NCBI RefSeq assembly: GCF_000017845.1
Contig: NC_010546.1
Coordinates: 3,870,001 to 3,902,000, forward strand
Reading direction: 5' to 3'
DNA: 32,000 nt
Source of the DNA: Crocosphaera subtropica ATCC 51142
GTDB taxonomy: Bacteria; Cyanobacteriota; Cyanobacteriia; Cyanobacteriales; Microcystaceae
A program made the translations under genes and the position numbers. This document shows, piece by piece, positions 1-7,682 of this stretch. The notes under the pieces are model-generated. The model had not been told where the DNA came from. It did no database searches and saw nothing but the letters and a program-made list of their open reading frames with translations. Numbering within the stretch: the first letter of the stretch is position 1; the number at the start of each line of letters is the position of its first letter.

Positions 1-956
1 GAATTCAATTCTTTTTCTTTTAAATTAATTTTATAAAGAATTCTATAGCTATTATTTTTTATTTTATCAAAGATAGGAATTGATCGTTGTTTCCTTCTCC
101 ATTCAATTGAAGACTTTAATATGTGATGATTATATAAATCTTTTCTCAGTAAAATTTTATAGTTATCATTATTTTGATCAATCACTGTTTTTGCTGTAAT
201 CAACCAAAATGCTTGTAAGTATTTTGGGTAAAAAGATAATTCGCATTGAAACAATTTTTGAATACCTGAAATCTGTCCAGAAAAAGCAAAAACATACAGT
301 TTGATGCGGGAAATATAAGAATTTTTTTTTAGTTTCAATAAAACAGATTGTACAGTTAAAATCTCTTCAAATAATTGATTCAATCCACCAGTTTCCCCTA
401 AACTTCTTATGTAATAAGTGAGTAAAAGCGGATCTTTCCATAATATTTTTTTGTCAACTTGTTCATCAAACCACTGTAAACAACTCTGCCAGTCTCCCAG
501 AATTTCATAGGTAAAGAGTTGATAGTAATAATGAAAAATAGGAAGATGATTATTACTTCTATGCAAAACATCAATGGCTTTTTTTCCATTTCCTTTGTCA
601 GCTAATTCTAAAGCTAATAACAATTGATAATAGTTGCGCCAATATTGAGTAAAATGTAAAACCATTAACCGAGATAAAAGCTGACGAGATTTTTGATAGT
701 TTTTAATTTCCAATAAATGATTAATTCGACGGAATCCCCACTGAGGAATGATTAAGAAAACCATGGATAAAATTCCGCCTATCCAAGCAGTTAAACTAAG
801 ATTAATAACTAAGAATAAAACCGTAACTAAAATGATTAACACACTAATGGTTATCCAACCATCATTTTTAGGGATAATTCCTTGAGTAACTCCTATGATC
901 GTAACTAAACAAGAGAAAAAAACGATTATAACAATCAACACATTGATATCTATCAT
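1..956 (-). CDS. Partial CDS (N-terminal ~318 codons; the C-terminus lies beyond the left window edge): membrane-anchored protein with a helical-repeat (TPR-like) region
   Basis: Hand translation of the minus strand from the ATG at 956..954 stays open down to position 1 (MIDINVLIVIIVFFSCLVTIIGVTQGIIPKNDGWITISVLIILVTVLFLVINLSLTAWIGGILSMVFLIIPQWGFRRINHLLEIKNYQKSRQLL...). There is an in-frame stop just upstream at 971..969. Hydrophobic helices at the N-terminus are followed by Y/L/W-rich amphipathic repeats. It is absent from the ORF track because it is edge-truncated; the listed 407..589 ORF is an out-of-frame shadow of it. Confidence 0.55.
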   Translation of the reverse strand, partial: MIDINVLIVIIVFFSCLVTIIGVTQGIIPKNDGWITISVLIILVTVLFLVINLSLTAWIGGILSMVFLIIPQWGFRRINHLLEIKNYQKSRQLLSRLMVLHFTQYWRNYYQLLLALELADKGNGKKAIDVLHRSNNHLPIFHYYYQLFTYEILGDWQSCLQWFDEQVDKKILWKDPLLLTYYIRSLGETGGLNQLFEEILTVQSVLLKLKKNSYISRIKLYVFAFSGQISGIQKLFQCELSFYPKYLQAFWLITAKTVIDQNNDNYKILLRKDLYNHHILKSSIEWRRKQRSIPIFDKIKNNSYRILYKINLKEKELN

Positions 957-974
957 TCTTAAGTTCTGTTAGGG

Positions 975-1020
975 TGAAAAAATAAAAGCGACAGCAATAC
1001 AATAAGAGTCTGTCGCTTTT
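975..1020 (-). terminator. Rho-independent terminator candidate downstream of the small ORF 1034..1210
   Basis: Perfect 11-bp stem AAAAGCGACAG (984..994) / CTGTCGCTTTT (1010..1020) with a 15-nt loop. On the minus strand the hairpin is followed by a T-rich run (complement of 976..987). Confidence 0.5.
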
Positions 1021-1033
1021 AGTAAAAAGAGAA

Positions 1034-1210
1034 TTAAGAATTATTAGGAAAAGTCAATTCAAACTCTTCAATTAATTCATCAAGTTCTTCGAGGGCTTGT
1101 TTAACATCCACTCGTAAAATGCCTAAATCCGGTTTTTCCAAAAGTTCAACTAAAAATCCTCGTTTACTTTCAATTAATTTTACTTGTTCTTGAATTGTTT
1201 CTTTATCCAT
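1034..1210 (-). CDS. Small acidic helical hypothetical protein (58 aa), below the ORF-track length cutoff
   Basis: Hand translation gives MDKETIQEQVKLIESKRGFLVELLEKPDLGILRVDVKQALEELDELIEEFELTFPNNS*. AAGGA sits directly before the ATG and a terminator hairpin directly after the stop. I recognise no family. Confidence 0.3.
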   Translation of the reverse strand: MDKETIQEQVKLIESKRGFLVELLEKPDLGILRVDVKQALEELDELIEEFELTFPNNS

Positions 1211-1389
1211 TCCTTTGATCCTAAAGTGAACACCAACTCTAGGATAAACAATCTTGAGTCTTCTGGTCTAGCATTCAGGAAAAATTCTCTTGAAAATAAA
1301 TTATTTTTGATTTAAGGGTTTACCTCTTTTCTTAAGTACCTATCACGAGGATAATAAAATTTAAAGCGATCGCAAAATACAGGAATTAT

Positions 1390-1950
1390 ATGTTACGCAA
1401 ACTTTCATTAGCACGAGTCGGACTAACAGTGGGAGGCATATTAACCATCATTGGTTTTGTAGCCTATGCTATGGATAATCCTACCCTCAATTTAGCAGGA
1501 TTTTTCTACGGTATCCCCATTTTATTAGGAGGGCTGGCGTTAAAAGCAGCCGAACTTAAACCCATTCCCTATAGTCAAGTCCTATCGACAGAAACTATCG
1601 CCTTAAGGGAAGAAAAAGCCACCCCAACTCAAAATCAAATTCGTAAAGATGTCACCCGTTATCGTTATGGACAAGAAGCCCATCTTGATGATTCCCTTGA
1701 ACGGTTGGGGTTAAGTCCTACGGACGAAGATAGACCCCTTTTGGTGGCAATTCGAGAGGAAAACCTTGAGGGAAATTATGGGTTAATATTAGAATTTGAA
1801 TCTCCTTTTATTACGTTGGAAACTTGGCAAGAAAAAAAAGAAAAAATTGCAAAGTTTTTTGGACCCGGTATTTCAGTAAAAATTGATGGCAAAGAAGATA
1901 ACAAGGTTGATGTTTTCTTAATTAGTCTAGGTAATAATCAAGATAACTAA
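1390..1950 (+). CDS. Conserved cyanobacterial/plastid-lineage membrane protein (DUF2854-like)
   Basis: 186-aa ORF. The N-terminus has two hydrophobic helices (GLTVGGILTIIGFVAYA, FFYGIPILLGGLALKAA) followed by a soluble acidic C-domain. The family name is from memory of the sequence pattern and is not verified. Confidence 0.65.
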   Translation: MLRKLSLARVGLTVGGILTIIGFVAYAMDNPTLNLAGFFYGIPILLGGLALKAAELKPIPYSQVLSTETIALREEKATPTQNQIRKDVTRYRYGQEAHLDDSLERLGLSPTDEDRPLLVAIREENLEGNYGLILEFESPFITLETWQEKKEKIAKFFGPGISVKIDGKEDNKVDVFLISLGNNQDN

Positions 1951-1956
1951 AATTAA

Positions 1957-1986
1957 GGTAACAGGAAGGTTTCGTTTCCTGTTACC
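1957..1986. terminator. Hairpin between convergent genes (candidate bidirectional terminator)
   Basis: 11-bp perfect stem GGTAACAGGAA (1957..1967) / TTCCTGTTACC (1976..1986) with an 8-nt loop. T-rich sequence follows it only on the minus-strand side (TTAATTTT). Confidence 0.45.
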
Positions 1987-2012
1987 CGATTAACTCACTT
2001 TTCAATCTTTGT

Positions 2013-2486
2013 CTAGGACATTTTATCAAGAATTTTTTGCACAATCTCCATGCCACTAAAGGCTTGCCAACCGAATAAACCGACAAGAGCCATATTGAGG
2101 GTAATATGGGTGTAACGGGCTAATTCATTACCTTTCTGCATTAAAGGGGAAAGAGAAGCAGAAACCGCAATTAACCCAGTCATGGTTAAACCCACTAATA
2201 AATGGGGACCGACGAATAATTTACCGTTGTTGATGTAGGTAATAGCCATACCACCGAGGTTACCTAATACCATTAAACCTAAGAGTAAAGAACCTAATTG
2301 ATAGTGTCGACTACGAAAATCTTTTTTTAATAATTCTTTTTTGTTATCTTTATCAGCAAAACGAGTCCGTCGCCATTGAATCCCTAAATATAGGGCATAA
2401 AGGGTTAAGGCGAATAAAATCCACATAAGAAGAGGATGGCCAAACTGTGACCACACTTTAATGGGTTCTGGAATGTCTATGGTCAT
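2013..2486 (-). CDS. DUF4079-like four-helix membrane protein (cyanobacteria/chloroplast family)
   Basis: 157-aa ORF with four predicted TM helices and a conserved-looking layout (HPLLMW..., RSRHYQLGSLLL, GPHLLVGL). The family assignment is from memory. Confidence 0.65.
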   Translation of the reverse strand: MTIDIPEPIKVWSQFGHPLLMWILFALTLYALYLGIQWRRTRFADKDNKKELLKKDFRSRHYQLGSLLLGLMVLGNLGGMAITYINNGKLFVGPHLLVGLTMTGLIAVSASLSPLMQKGNELARYTHITLNMALVGLFGWQAFSGMEIVQKILDKMS

Positions 2487-2606
2487 AAAGGATTTCCTAA
2501 CAGAGCGTAAGAGTAAGTTACAAAACTTAACTTAACATAAATTGTAGACCAATGAGTCGTTTGACACAATCAAAGATGGACTAAAGATTTAAGGAGTCAC
2601 TAGAAA

Positions 2607-3113
2607 ATGTTGTTCAAAATACGTCAAGGTTTTACTGTTTTTGCATTGAGTATTCTATTATTATTAACCTCCTGTGCGACTCAAGCCCCATCAAGGTTTG
2701 ACCAAGCGCAACAAGAAAGCACCCAGAGAGGCAGTAGTGCTGTTGTGAAAGAATCAGAGTCGGGGGGCAGTTTTAATCAGTTCTTCCCCCCCTCTGGTGG
2801 CGGATATGAGCGGGTTTATACCCAAGAGAAAAAAGGATTTGCAGAAGCTAAATTGAAAAAAGACGGTAAAGAAGTGGCCATGTTAGCCATTTCGGATACG
2901 CTCAATAATCCCAGTGCAGCTAAAAAATTTGAAAAAAGTACCCAAATGATCGGGGGTTATCCTGCCGTTTCCCAAGGGAGTACCGGAACCGCCGTTTTAG
3001 TGGGCGATCGCTTTCAAGTTAAGGTGTTGTCCCGTGATCCTGCTTTTTCTGAAGGCGATCGCCAAGCTTGGTTAGAAAAGTTTGATCTCAACGGCTTAGC
3101 ACAGTTGAAATAG
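2607..3113 (+). CDS. Hypothetical lipoprotein
   Basis: 168-aa ORF with a signal peptide and lipobox (LLLLTSC|ATQ). An AAGGAG Shine-Dalgarno lies about 10 nt upstream of the ATG. Confidence 0.7.
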   Translation: MLFKIRQGFTVFALSILLLLTSCATQAPSRFDQAQQESTQRGSSAVVKESESGGSFNQFFPPSGGGYERVYTQEKKGFAEAKLKKDGKEVAMLAISDTLNNPSAAKKFEKSTQMIGGYPAVSQGSTGTAVLVGDRFQVKVLSRDPAFSEGDRQAWLEKFDLNGLAQLK

Positions 3114-3147
3114 GGTTAGGAGTTCCCAAAACGCTACCTTGAAATAA

Positions 3148-4521
3148 TTATGAATTGTTAATTATTAAAGAGCGTTTCATCATTTCTAAAGCAACTTTTA
3201 GATTAGCTTGTGTCCATAATAAAGGAGTGGCATCTCCTGGGACATAAGCTCCTTTTTCTAAATAATATAATTCAGGACAGTGAAAGCCACCAAAAGGACT
3301 ATCTGAGGAAGTGATTTGCCCCAAAGAACGGTTAAGATAATAGGTTTGTTTTTCTAGATAGATTGTTTCTTTTGTTTGTTGAAATTTAAGACCCAAGATA
3401 GCAGAAATAATGGGATCAAAAATGCACCATTGGGCTTCTTCTCCTAGTTGTAATTCTCGATCATTATCTTTAAACCATTGTTCTCTATCCCTAGAAAGAG
3501 TCGTCCGAATTTCTAGGGGAACTTCTTGATAATTTTTACACCAAAAAGAATCTTTTAAATAGCGTCTAATCCCATAATCACCTTGTAAGTGATTAATAAC
3601 ATCGTCAAGAATTTTATCAGCTATTTCTCCTTTAATTATTTGTAGGGGATAAATTAAAAAGAGTAACGCTGAGTCGTAGCGTCGATTTTTAGGCTTTTCC
3701 TGAATACACTCTGAAGGTAAAATTTCCTCTAGTGCTTTTTTTCCTTTTGTGATTAATTCATTGACAAACTCAAGATCAATCACTGTATTATGTCCTTTTA
3801 AATCATTGTTTAATGGTAATTCTTGAAATAATCGTTTAAACTCAGTTAGACCAGCTACAACCACCCCAATGCTAGAGGCTTCAATTTTTGGCTCTTCTTC
3901 CCAATGACCGCTATCTTCATCATGCCAATATTCAATGGCATGAAAATAAGCCACAAAAAGACTGATAGTTTCTAATTGTTCAAGGTTAGTCTTTAATCTT
4001 TTTTCTCGTACCAATTTACAATAAAACCAGACAAAATATCCTAGAGCATCATTTTGAGCATGATTCCATTCTTGGTCAATTTCTTCTAAAGTTTCTCCCT
4101 TAAAACGAATATGGGGACGCTGCATCATTTCGTTTTTACCAACTTGGCCATTAATAATATGTAGAAACCGTGATTGATGGGTTTGAAAATATTGCACTAG
4201 AGTATGAACTGTTTTGACTGCTACATCAATCTGACCACACAAATAATGAGCATAGGCTAAATAAATATTATCCCTAACCCAAACATTACTATATCCTGTA
4301 TATTCAGTATTAGAAATGACGGCAGCAGCAGGAAATAACCCATTATCCAAACGAGGAAAATTAAAGGTTTTGTGCTGTTCTAATAAGTGAGTCATTCTTT
4401 GAATGTCTGATAAAGAATAGTCTGAAGAAATTAACTGACCAATGGTTTGATTATGAATGATCATTTCTAAATATTGCCTGTTAAGAATTTGCCTCGACCG
4501 AAGCGTAATGATAATTGTCAC
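3148..4521 (-). CDS. Glycoside hydrolase family 15-like protein (glucoamylase / phosphorylase-kinase alpha-beta-like (alpha/alpha)6 barrel)
   Basis: 457-aa ORF. It has GH15-type motifs: YSNVWVRDN near the N-terminus, HAQNDALGYFVW, an acidic EEPK segment, and C-terminal LLWTQANL. Confidence 0.75.
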   Translation of the reverse strand: MTIIITLRSRQILNRQYLEMIIHNQTIGQLISSDYSLSDIQRMTHLLEQHKTFNFPRLDNGLFPAAAVISNTEYTGYSNVWVRDNIYLAYAHYLCGQIDVAVKTVHTLVQYFQTHQSRFLHIINGQVGKNEMMQRPHIRFKGETLEEIDQEWNHAQNDALGYFVWFYCKLVREKRLKTNLEQLETISLFVAYFHAIEYWHDEDSGHWEEEPKIEASSIGVVVAGLTEFKRLFQELPLNNDLKGHNTVIDLEFVNELITKGKKALEEILPSECIQEKPKNRRYDSALLFLIYPLQIIKGEIADKILDDVINHLQGDYGIRRYLKDSFWCKNYQEVPLEIRTTLSRDREQWFKDNDRELQLGEEAQWCIFDPIISAILGLKFQQTKETIYLEKQTYYLNRSLGQITSSDSPFGGFHCPELYYLEKGAYVPGDATPLLWTQANLKVALEMMKRSLIINNS

Positions 4522-4611
4522 GATAAGGGATCAGAGGTACTATCCGTAATGATAGGGAGTACGCTTTAGGAAAAAACTCGGAGAACTTGAAAGTTACGAG
4601 GGTATTTTTCT

Positions 4612-4658
4612 GAAGTTATACACGAAGTTATACATAACGCTAACATTAACGCTAACAT
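4612..4658. repeat. Two adjacent pairs of tandem 12-mers in a divergent promoter region
   Basis: GAAGTTATACAC (4612..4623) / GAAGTTATACAT (4624..4635) is followed immediately by TAACGCTAACAT (4635..4646) / TAACGCTAACAT (4647..4658). Confidence 0.6.
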
Positions 4659-4701
4659 CCACCGTCGATAATAGGAACAGGGGAAAATGACTAGATCCTA
4701 A

Positions 4702-5562
4702 GTGTATCCTATGAAGACTGTTAACATTCTTGATGTCGCTATCCACAATCTTTCAACCGAGGAACTACTGCACGCTCTTAATCATCAAGGGGGAGTGGTA
4801 GTTACCCCTAATGTGGATCACTTCATGAAACTTCGTAAAGATCCTGAGCTAAGGGAAGTATATCAACAATCTGATTATCGGGTATGTGACAGCAAGATTG
4901 TTCAGTTTGCTTCTCACTTCTTAGGGACACCTATCCAAGAAAAAATTTCGGGATCTGATTTGTTTCCTGCTTTTTATGGATACAACAAAGATAACGAAAA
5001 CATTAAAATCTTTCTCTTAGGGGCCCGAGAAGGGGTAGCCAAGATTGCCCAAGAAAAAATCAATCATAAAGTGGGTAGAAACATTATTGTCGATTGTTAT
5101 TCCCCTGCCTATGGGTTTGAACAGGATGAAGACGAATGTCAAAGCATTCTAGAGAAAATAAAAGCCTCAGGTGCTACAGTGGTAGCTGTCGGGTTAGGTG
5201 CGCCTAAACAAGAAAAATGGATTAATCGCTATAAAAAAGAGTTACCTATGGTGAAAATCTTTTTAGCGATCGGTGCTACGATCGACTTTGAAGCAGGCTA
5301 TAAATCCCGTTCTCCTAAATGGATGAGCGAAGCAGGATTAGAATGGTTATATCGTTTACTGTGTGAACCTCAACGGCTGTGGAAACGTTATTTAATCGAA
5401 AGTATGCCATTTTTTGGTTTAATTGTGCATCAAAAAATTATGACTGTGGTTTCTGGTCAACCTTCTATCTTATGGAAAATGTTAAAGGGAATCAGTCATA
5501 AGAAATGGGCAGTTATCAGGTTTTGGATAATAATTTTAACCTTAAGTAAAACATTTTTGTAA
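4702..5562 (+). CDS. WecB/TagA/CpsF-family glycosyltransferase (GT26)
   Basis: Family-typical motifs are VVTPNVDHFMK, FLLGAREGVA and GLGAPKQEKWI. The track ORF begins at GTG 4702, but the more likely start is ATG 4711 (MKTVNIL...). A hydrophobic tail of about 40 aa extends past the conserved domain. Confidence 0.85.
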   Translation: MYPMKTVNILDVAIHNLSTEELLHALNHQGGVVVTPNVDHFMKLRKDPELREVYQQSDYRVCDSKIVQFASHFLGTPIQEKISGSDLFPAFYGYNKDNENIKIFLLGAREGVAKIAQEKINHKVGRNIIVDCYSPAYGFEQDEDECQSILEKIKASGATVVAVGLGAPKQEKWINRYKKELPMVKIFLAIGATIDFEAGYKSRSPKWMSEAGLEWLYRLLCEPQRLWKRYLIESMPFFGLIVHQKIMTVVSGQPSILWKMLKGISHKKWAVIRFWIIILTLSKTFL

Positions 5563-5567
5563 GAAAA

Positions 5568-6170
5568 TCATTTATTTTTCATTACTTGATCGATTTGTTG
5601 ATATAGTTTCTCTACTGTAGAAGAATTATCAAGAATAATATCAGCCTTTTTGACTTTCTCTTCGATGGGCAACTGGCTTTTAATGCGAGCGATCGCCTCT
5701 TCTTCACTTAAGTGGTTCCTATTCATTAATCGTTGTAATTGTTGTTCATAGGAACAGTAAACCACCCAAATTTCTGTTACTAAATGGGTTAATTGAGATT
5801 CAAATAATAACGGAATATCTAAGACAATAAGATCCCCTTGAAACTGTTTAATTTCTTCTTGAAATCGTTGTCTAACATAGGGATGAATTTGACTTTCTAA
5901 CCATTGTTTTTCTCTCGAATTATTAAAAATAAGATTACCTAATTTCTTACGATTTAATTCCCCGTTCTGCCAACAAATATCGGAGCCATATCGTTCCTTA
6001 ATGGTTTGTAAAATAGGAGAATTTTTCTTAACTGCTTCCCTAGCGTAAGTATCAGCATCTAAAACCCGAATATGGCAAACAGTGGCTAAATAATGAGAAA
6101 CCGTACTTTTTCCTGTGGCGATTCCTCCGGTTAACCCAATAATACGTTTTGAGCTTTCATTCATGGTCAA
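5568..6170 (-). CDS. coaE: Dephospho-CoA kinase
   Basis: 200 aa, with the P-loop IIGLTGGIATGKSTV at the N-terminus and typical CoaE length and layout (LDADxxAR, VLDIPLLFE). Confidence 0.93.
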   Translation of the reverse strand: MTMNESSKRIIGLTGGIATGKSTVSHYLATVCHIRVLDADTYAREAVKKNSPILQTIKERYGSDICWQNGELNRKKLGNLIFNNSREKQWLESQIHPYVRQRFQEEIKQFQGDLIVLDIPLLFESQLTHLVTEIWVVYCSYEQQLQRLMNRNHLSEEEAIARIKSQLPIEEKVKKADIILDNSSTVEKLYQQIDQVMKNK

Positions 6171-6250
6171 AAACTAAAATAAGGCTAGAATTTTCAGGGA
6201 TTCTCAAAAAAGCTGATAAACTTGACATACCCTAGAAAAATGAAAATCTT

Positions 6251-6649
6251 ATGAAGGTATTAAGGTGTCCTAAGTGTAGAGGAAAACTAGAACCAATTAT
6301 TTATGAAGGTATCGAAGTCGATCGCTGTTGTCAATGTAGTGGGATTTGGTTTGACTCCTCAGAAGCAGAAAACCTTAAAAAGCTCAGAGGTTCAGAAAAA
6401 ATTGATATTGGACACTTAAGTCAAAAAAATGACAAAGAAGTTTTAGAAACGGATGTGTTTTGCCCCCATTGTGATCTGGCCATGATCAAAATGTTTGATA
6501 TTGATAAACATCCTATTTGGTACGAAACCTGTCCTCAATGTCAAGGCATTTGGTTCGATGCCGGGGAATTCAAAAAATTTAAAGATAACTTTGCTCATCC
6601 TAAATTATTATCCAAAGCCTTGAATCTGTTTGGCTTTAAGAAAAAATAA
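6251..6649 (+). CDS. Duplicated TFIIB-type zinc-ribbon protein (zf-TFIIB-like)
   Basis: Two copies of CPxC...(E/D)xCxxCxGIWFD...E: CPKCRGKL...DRCCQCSGIWFDSSEAENL and CPHCDLAM...ETCPQCQGIWFDAGEFKKF. Confidence 0.7.
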   Translation: MKVLRCPKCRGKLEPIIYEGIEVDRCCQCSGIWFDSSEAENLKKLRGSEKIDIGHLSQKNDKEVLETDVFCPHCDLAMIKMFDIDKHPIWYETCPQCQGIWFDAGEFKKFKDNFAHPKLLSKALNLFGFKKK

Positions 6650-6773
6650 TCACTCTCGTGCAAAAAGTTAAAGGCGATACTTAACAATGTGTTTGAAAGT
6701 ACCGCCTTGGTTTTACCAATAATTAAATTTTGCTCTTGTCACCAAATTCTCTAACTCCCTGATAACACCAACC

Positions 6774-7382
6774 TTACCACATACCAGGAACAGGCTCAGG
6801 AGGGGGCGCAATTTCAGCTTGATTTTCTTCCATAGGAGGTAAACTGACATCAGGACGATCCCAATCAATGTCGGTTCTGGTTACTAAGGGAACTTCCCGT
6901 AAATCTAAACGAGATACCCAACGGGGACGAGCTTCAGCAACATAGACATCCAGGTCAGGTCTTTGGTCACTAATAATAACCCATTTACCGTCTTCTTCTC
7001 TCATGATGACATCGGCACCAGCAACTAAAGTAGGCCAGTAACCAGGCATTTGAGCGGTAACGTGCCAAACGTCCCGTTCTCCTGTGGTCAAGCCAACGTC
7101 ATAATTCATTCTGACGTGAGCATTTTTTTCCTGACCAGCAGAAATGATTTGAACTTGAGCTACGTCTCCGGTAACACCACGAATACGACCGATGATATAG
7201 TCTTCAAATTTGAATTCTAACCAATCGGCACGATAAACATCGATGGGATCTTGGAGAACATGACCTCGTAATTGACTAACAAGAACCTCTTCTTGAGCAG
7301 GTTCTGCTTGAGCAGGGGAAATCCCCAGTAAGGATAAGCCGAGAGCTAATCCTGCTAACATATGTGAGTGTTTCATAAACAC
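6774..7382 (-). CDS. Secreted hypothetical protein
   Basis: 202-aa ORF with a signal peptide (LAGLALGLSLLGISPAQA|EP). I recognise no family. The C-terminus is proline-rich. Confidence 0.65.
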   Translation of the reverse strand: MFMKHSHMLAGLALGLSLLGISPAQAEPAQEEVLVSQLRGHVLQDPIDVYRADWLEFKFEDYIIGRIRGVTGDVAQVQIISAGQEKNAHVRMNYDVGLTTGERDVWHVTAQMPGYWPTLVAGADVIMREEDGKWVIISDQRPDLDVYVAEARPRWVSRLDLREVPLVTRTDIDWDRPDVSLPPMEENQAEIAPPPEPVPGMW

Positions 7383-7400
7383 AATGACCTCACTCCAACC

Positions 7401-7429
7401 TAATTGGGTAAACTATAATTGGGTAAACT
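7401..7429. repeat. Tandem direct repeat TAATTGGGTAAACT x2 (period 15) immediately upstream of the 6774..7382 gene
   Basis: Copies at 7401..7414 and 7416..7429 are identical. They lie 19-47 bp upstream of the start codon at 7382 (minus-strand gene). Confidence 0.6.
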
Positions 7430-7571
7430 GTTCTTTGACACTTTTAAGGATAGTTTAGTTCCCAGGTAGGGGCCCAGAATTTTAACTATCCTTTTATAAG
7501 TGTGGAGAATTCGTTGAGAAAAACAGTCTGTCTAGAGGCGTATATCTCAAATCTTGCATCTTCGATAATTC

Positions 7572-7650
7572 TCTACCCCCCTACCCCCACACCCCCCACA
7601 CCCCCCACACCCCCCTTTAAAAGGGGGGCAGGGGGGGTAGGGGGGTTGGT
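7572..7650. repeat. C-tract / G-tract inverted-repeat element (GC-block hairpin) with internal 9-bp tandem repeat
   Basis: ACACCCCCC occurs three times (7589..7615), followed by the loop TTTAAAA, then G6-CA-G7-TA-G6 (7623..7645). The three C6 blocks can pair with the three G blocks. Its translation (PPTPPTPPTPPFKRGAGGVGG) is the spurious track ORF 7502..7690. Confidence 0.7.
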
Positions 7651-7682
7651 AAGAGGATTTTATTGTGACCGAACTTTTTGGC

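Noticed and set aside
1-6. The window starts with GAATTC (EcoRI site)
   Set aside because: It could hint at a cloned-fragment or contig boundary, but a single 6-mer at an arbitrary window edge is uninformative. Another GAATTC lies at 41..46.
407-589. Track ORF (60 aa, minus strand)
   Set aside because: It is out of frame with, and fully embedded in, the long edge-truncated minus-strand ORF 1..956, and its sequence is low-complexity hydrophobic.
5440-5562. ~40-aa hydrophobic C-terminal extension of the GT26 transferase, as a possible frameshift or fusion
   Set aside because: The frame is continuous with no sign of a disrupted second gene, so it could simply be a membrane anchor. I cannot judge this without an alignment.
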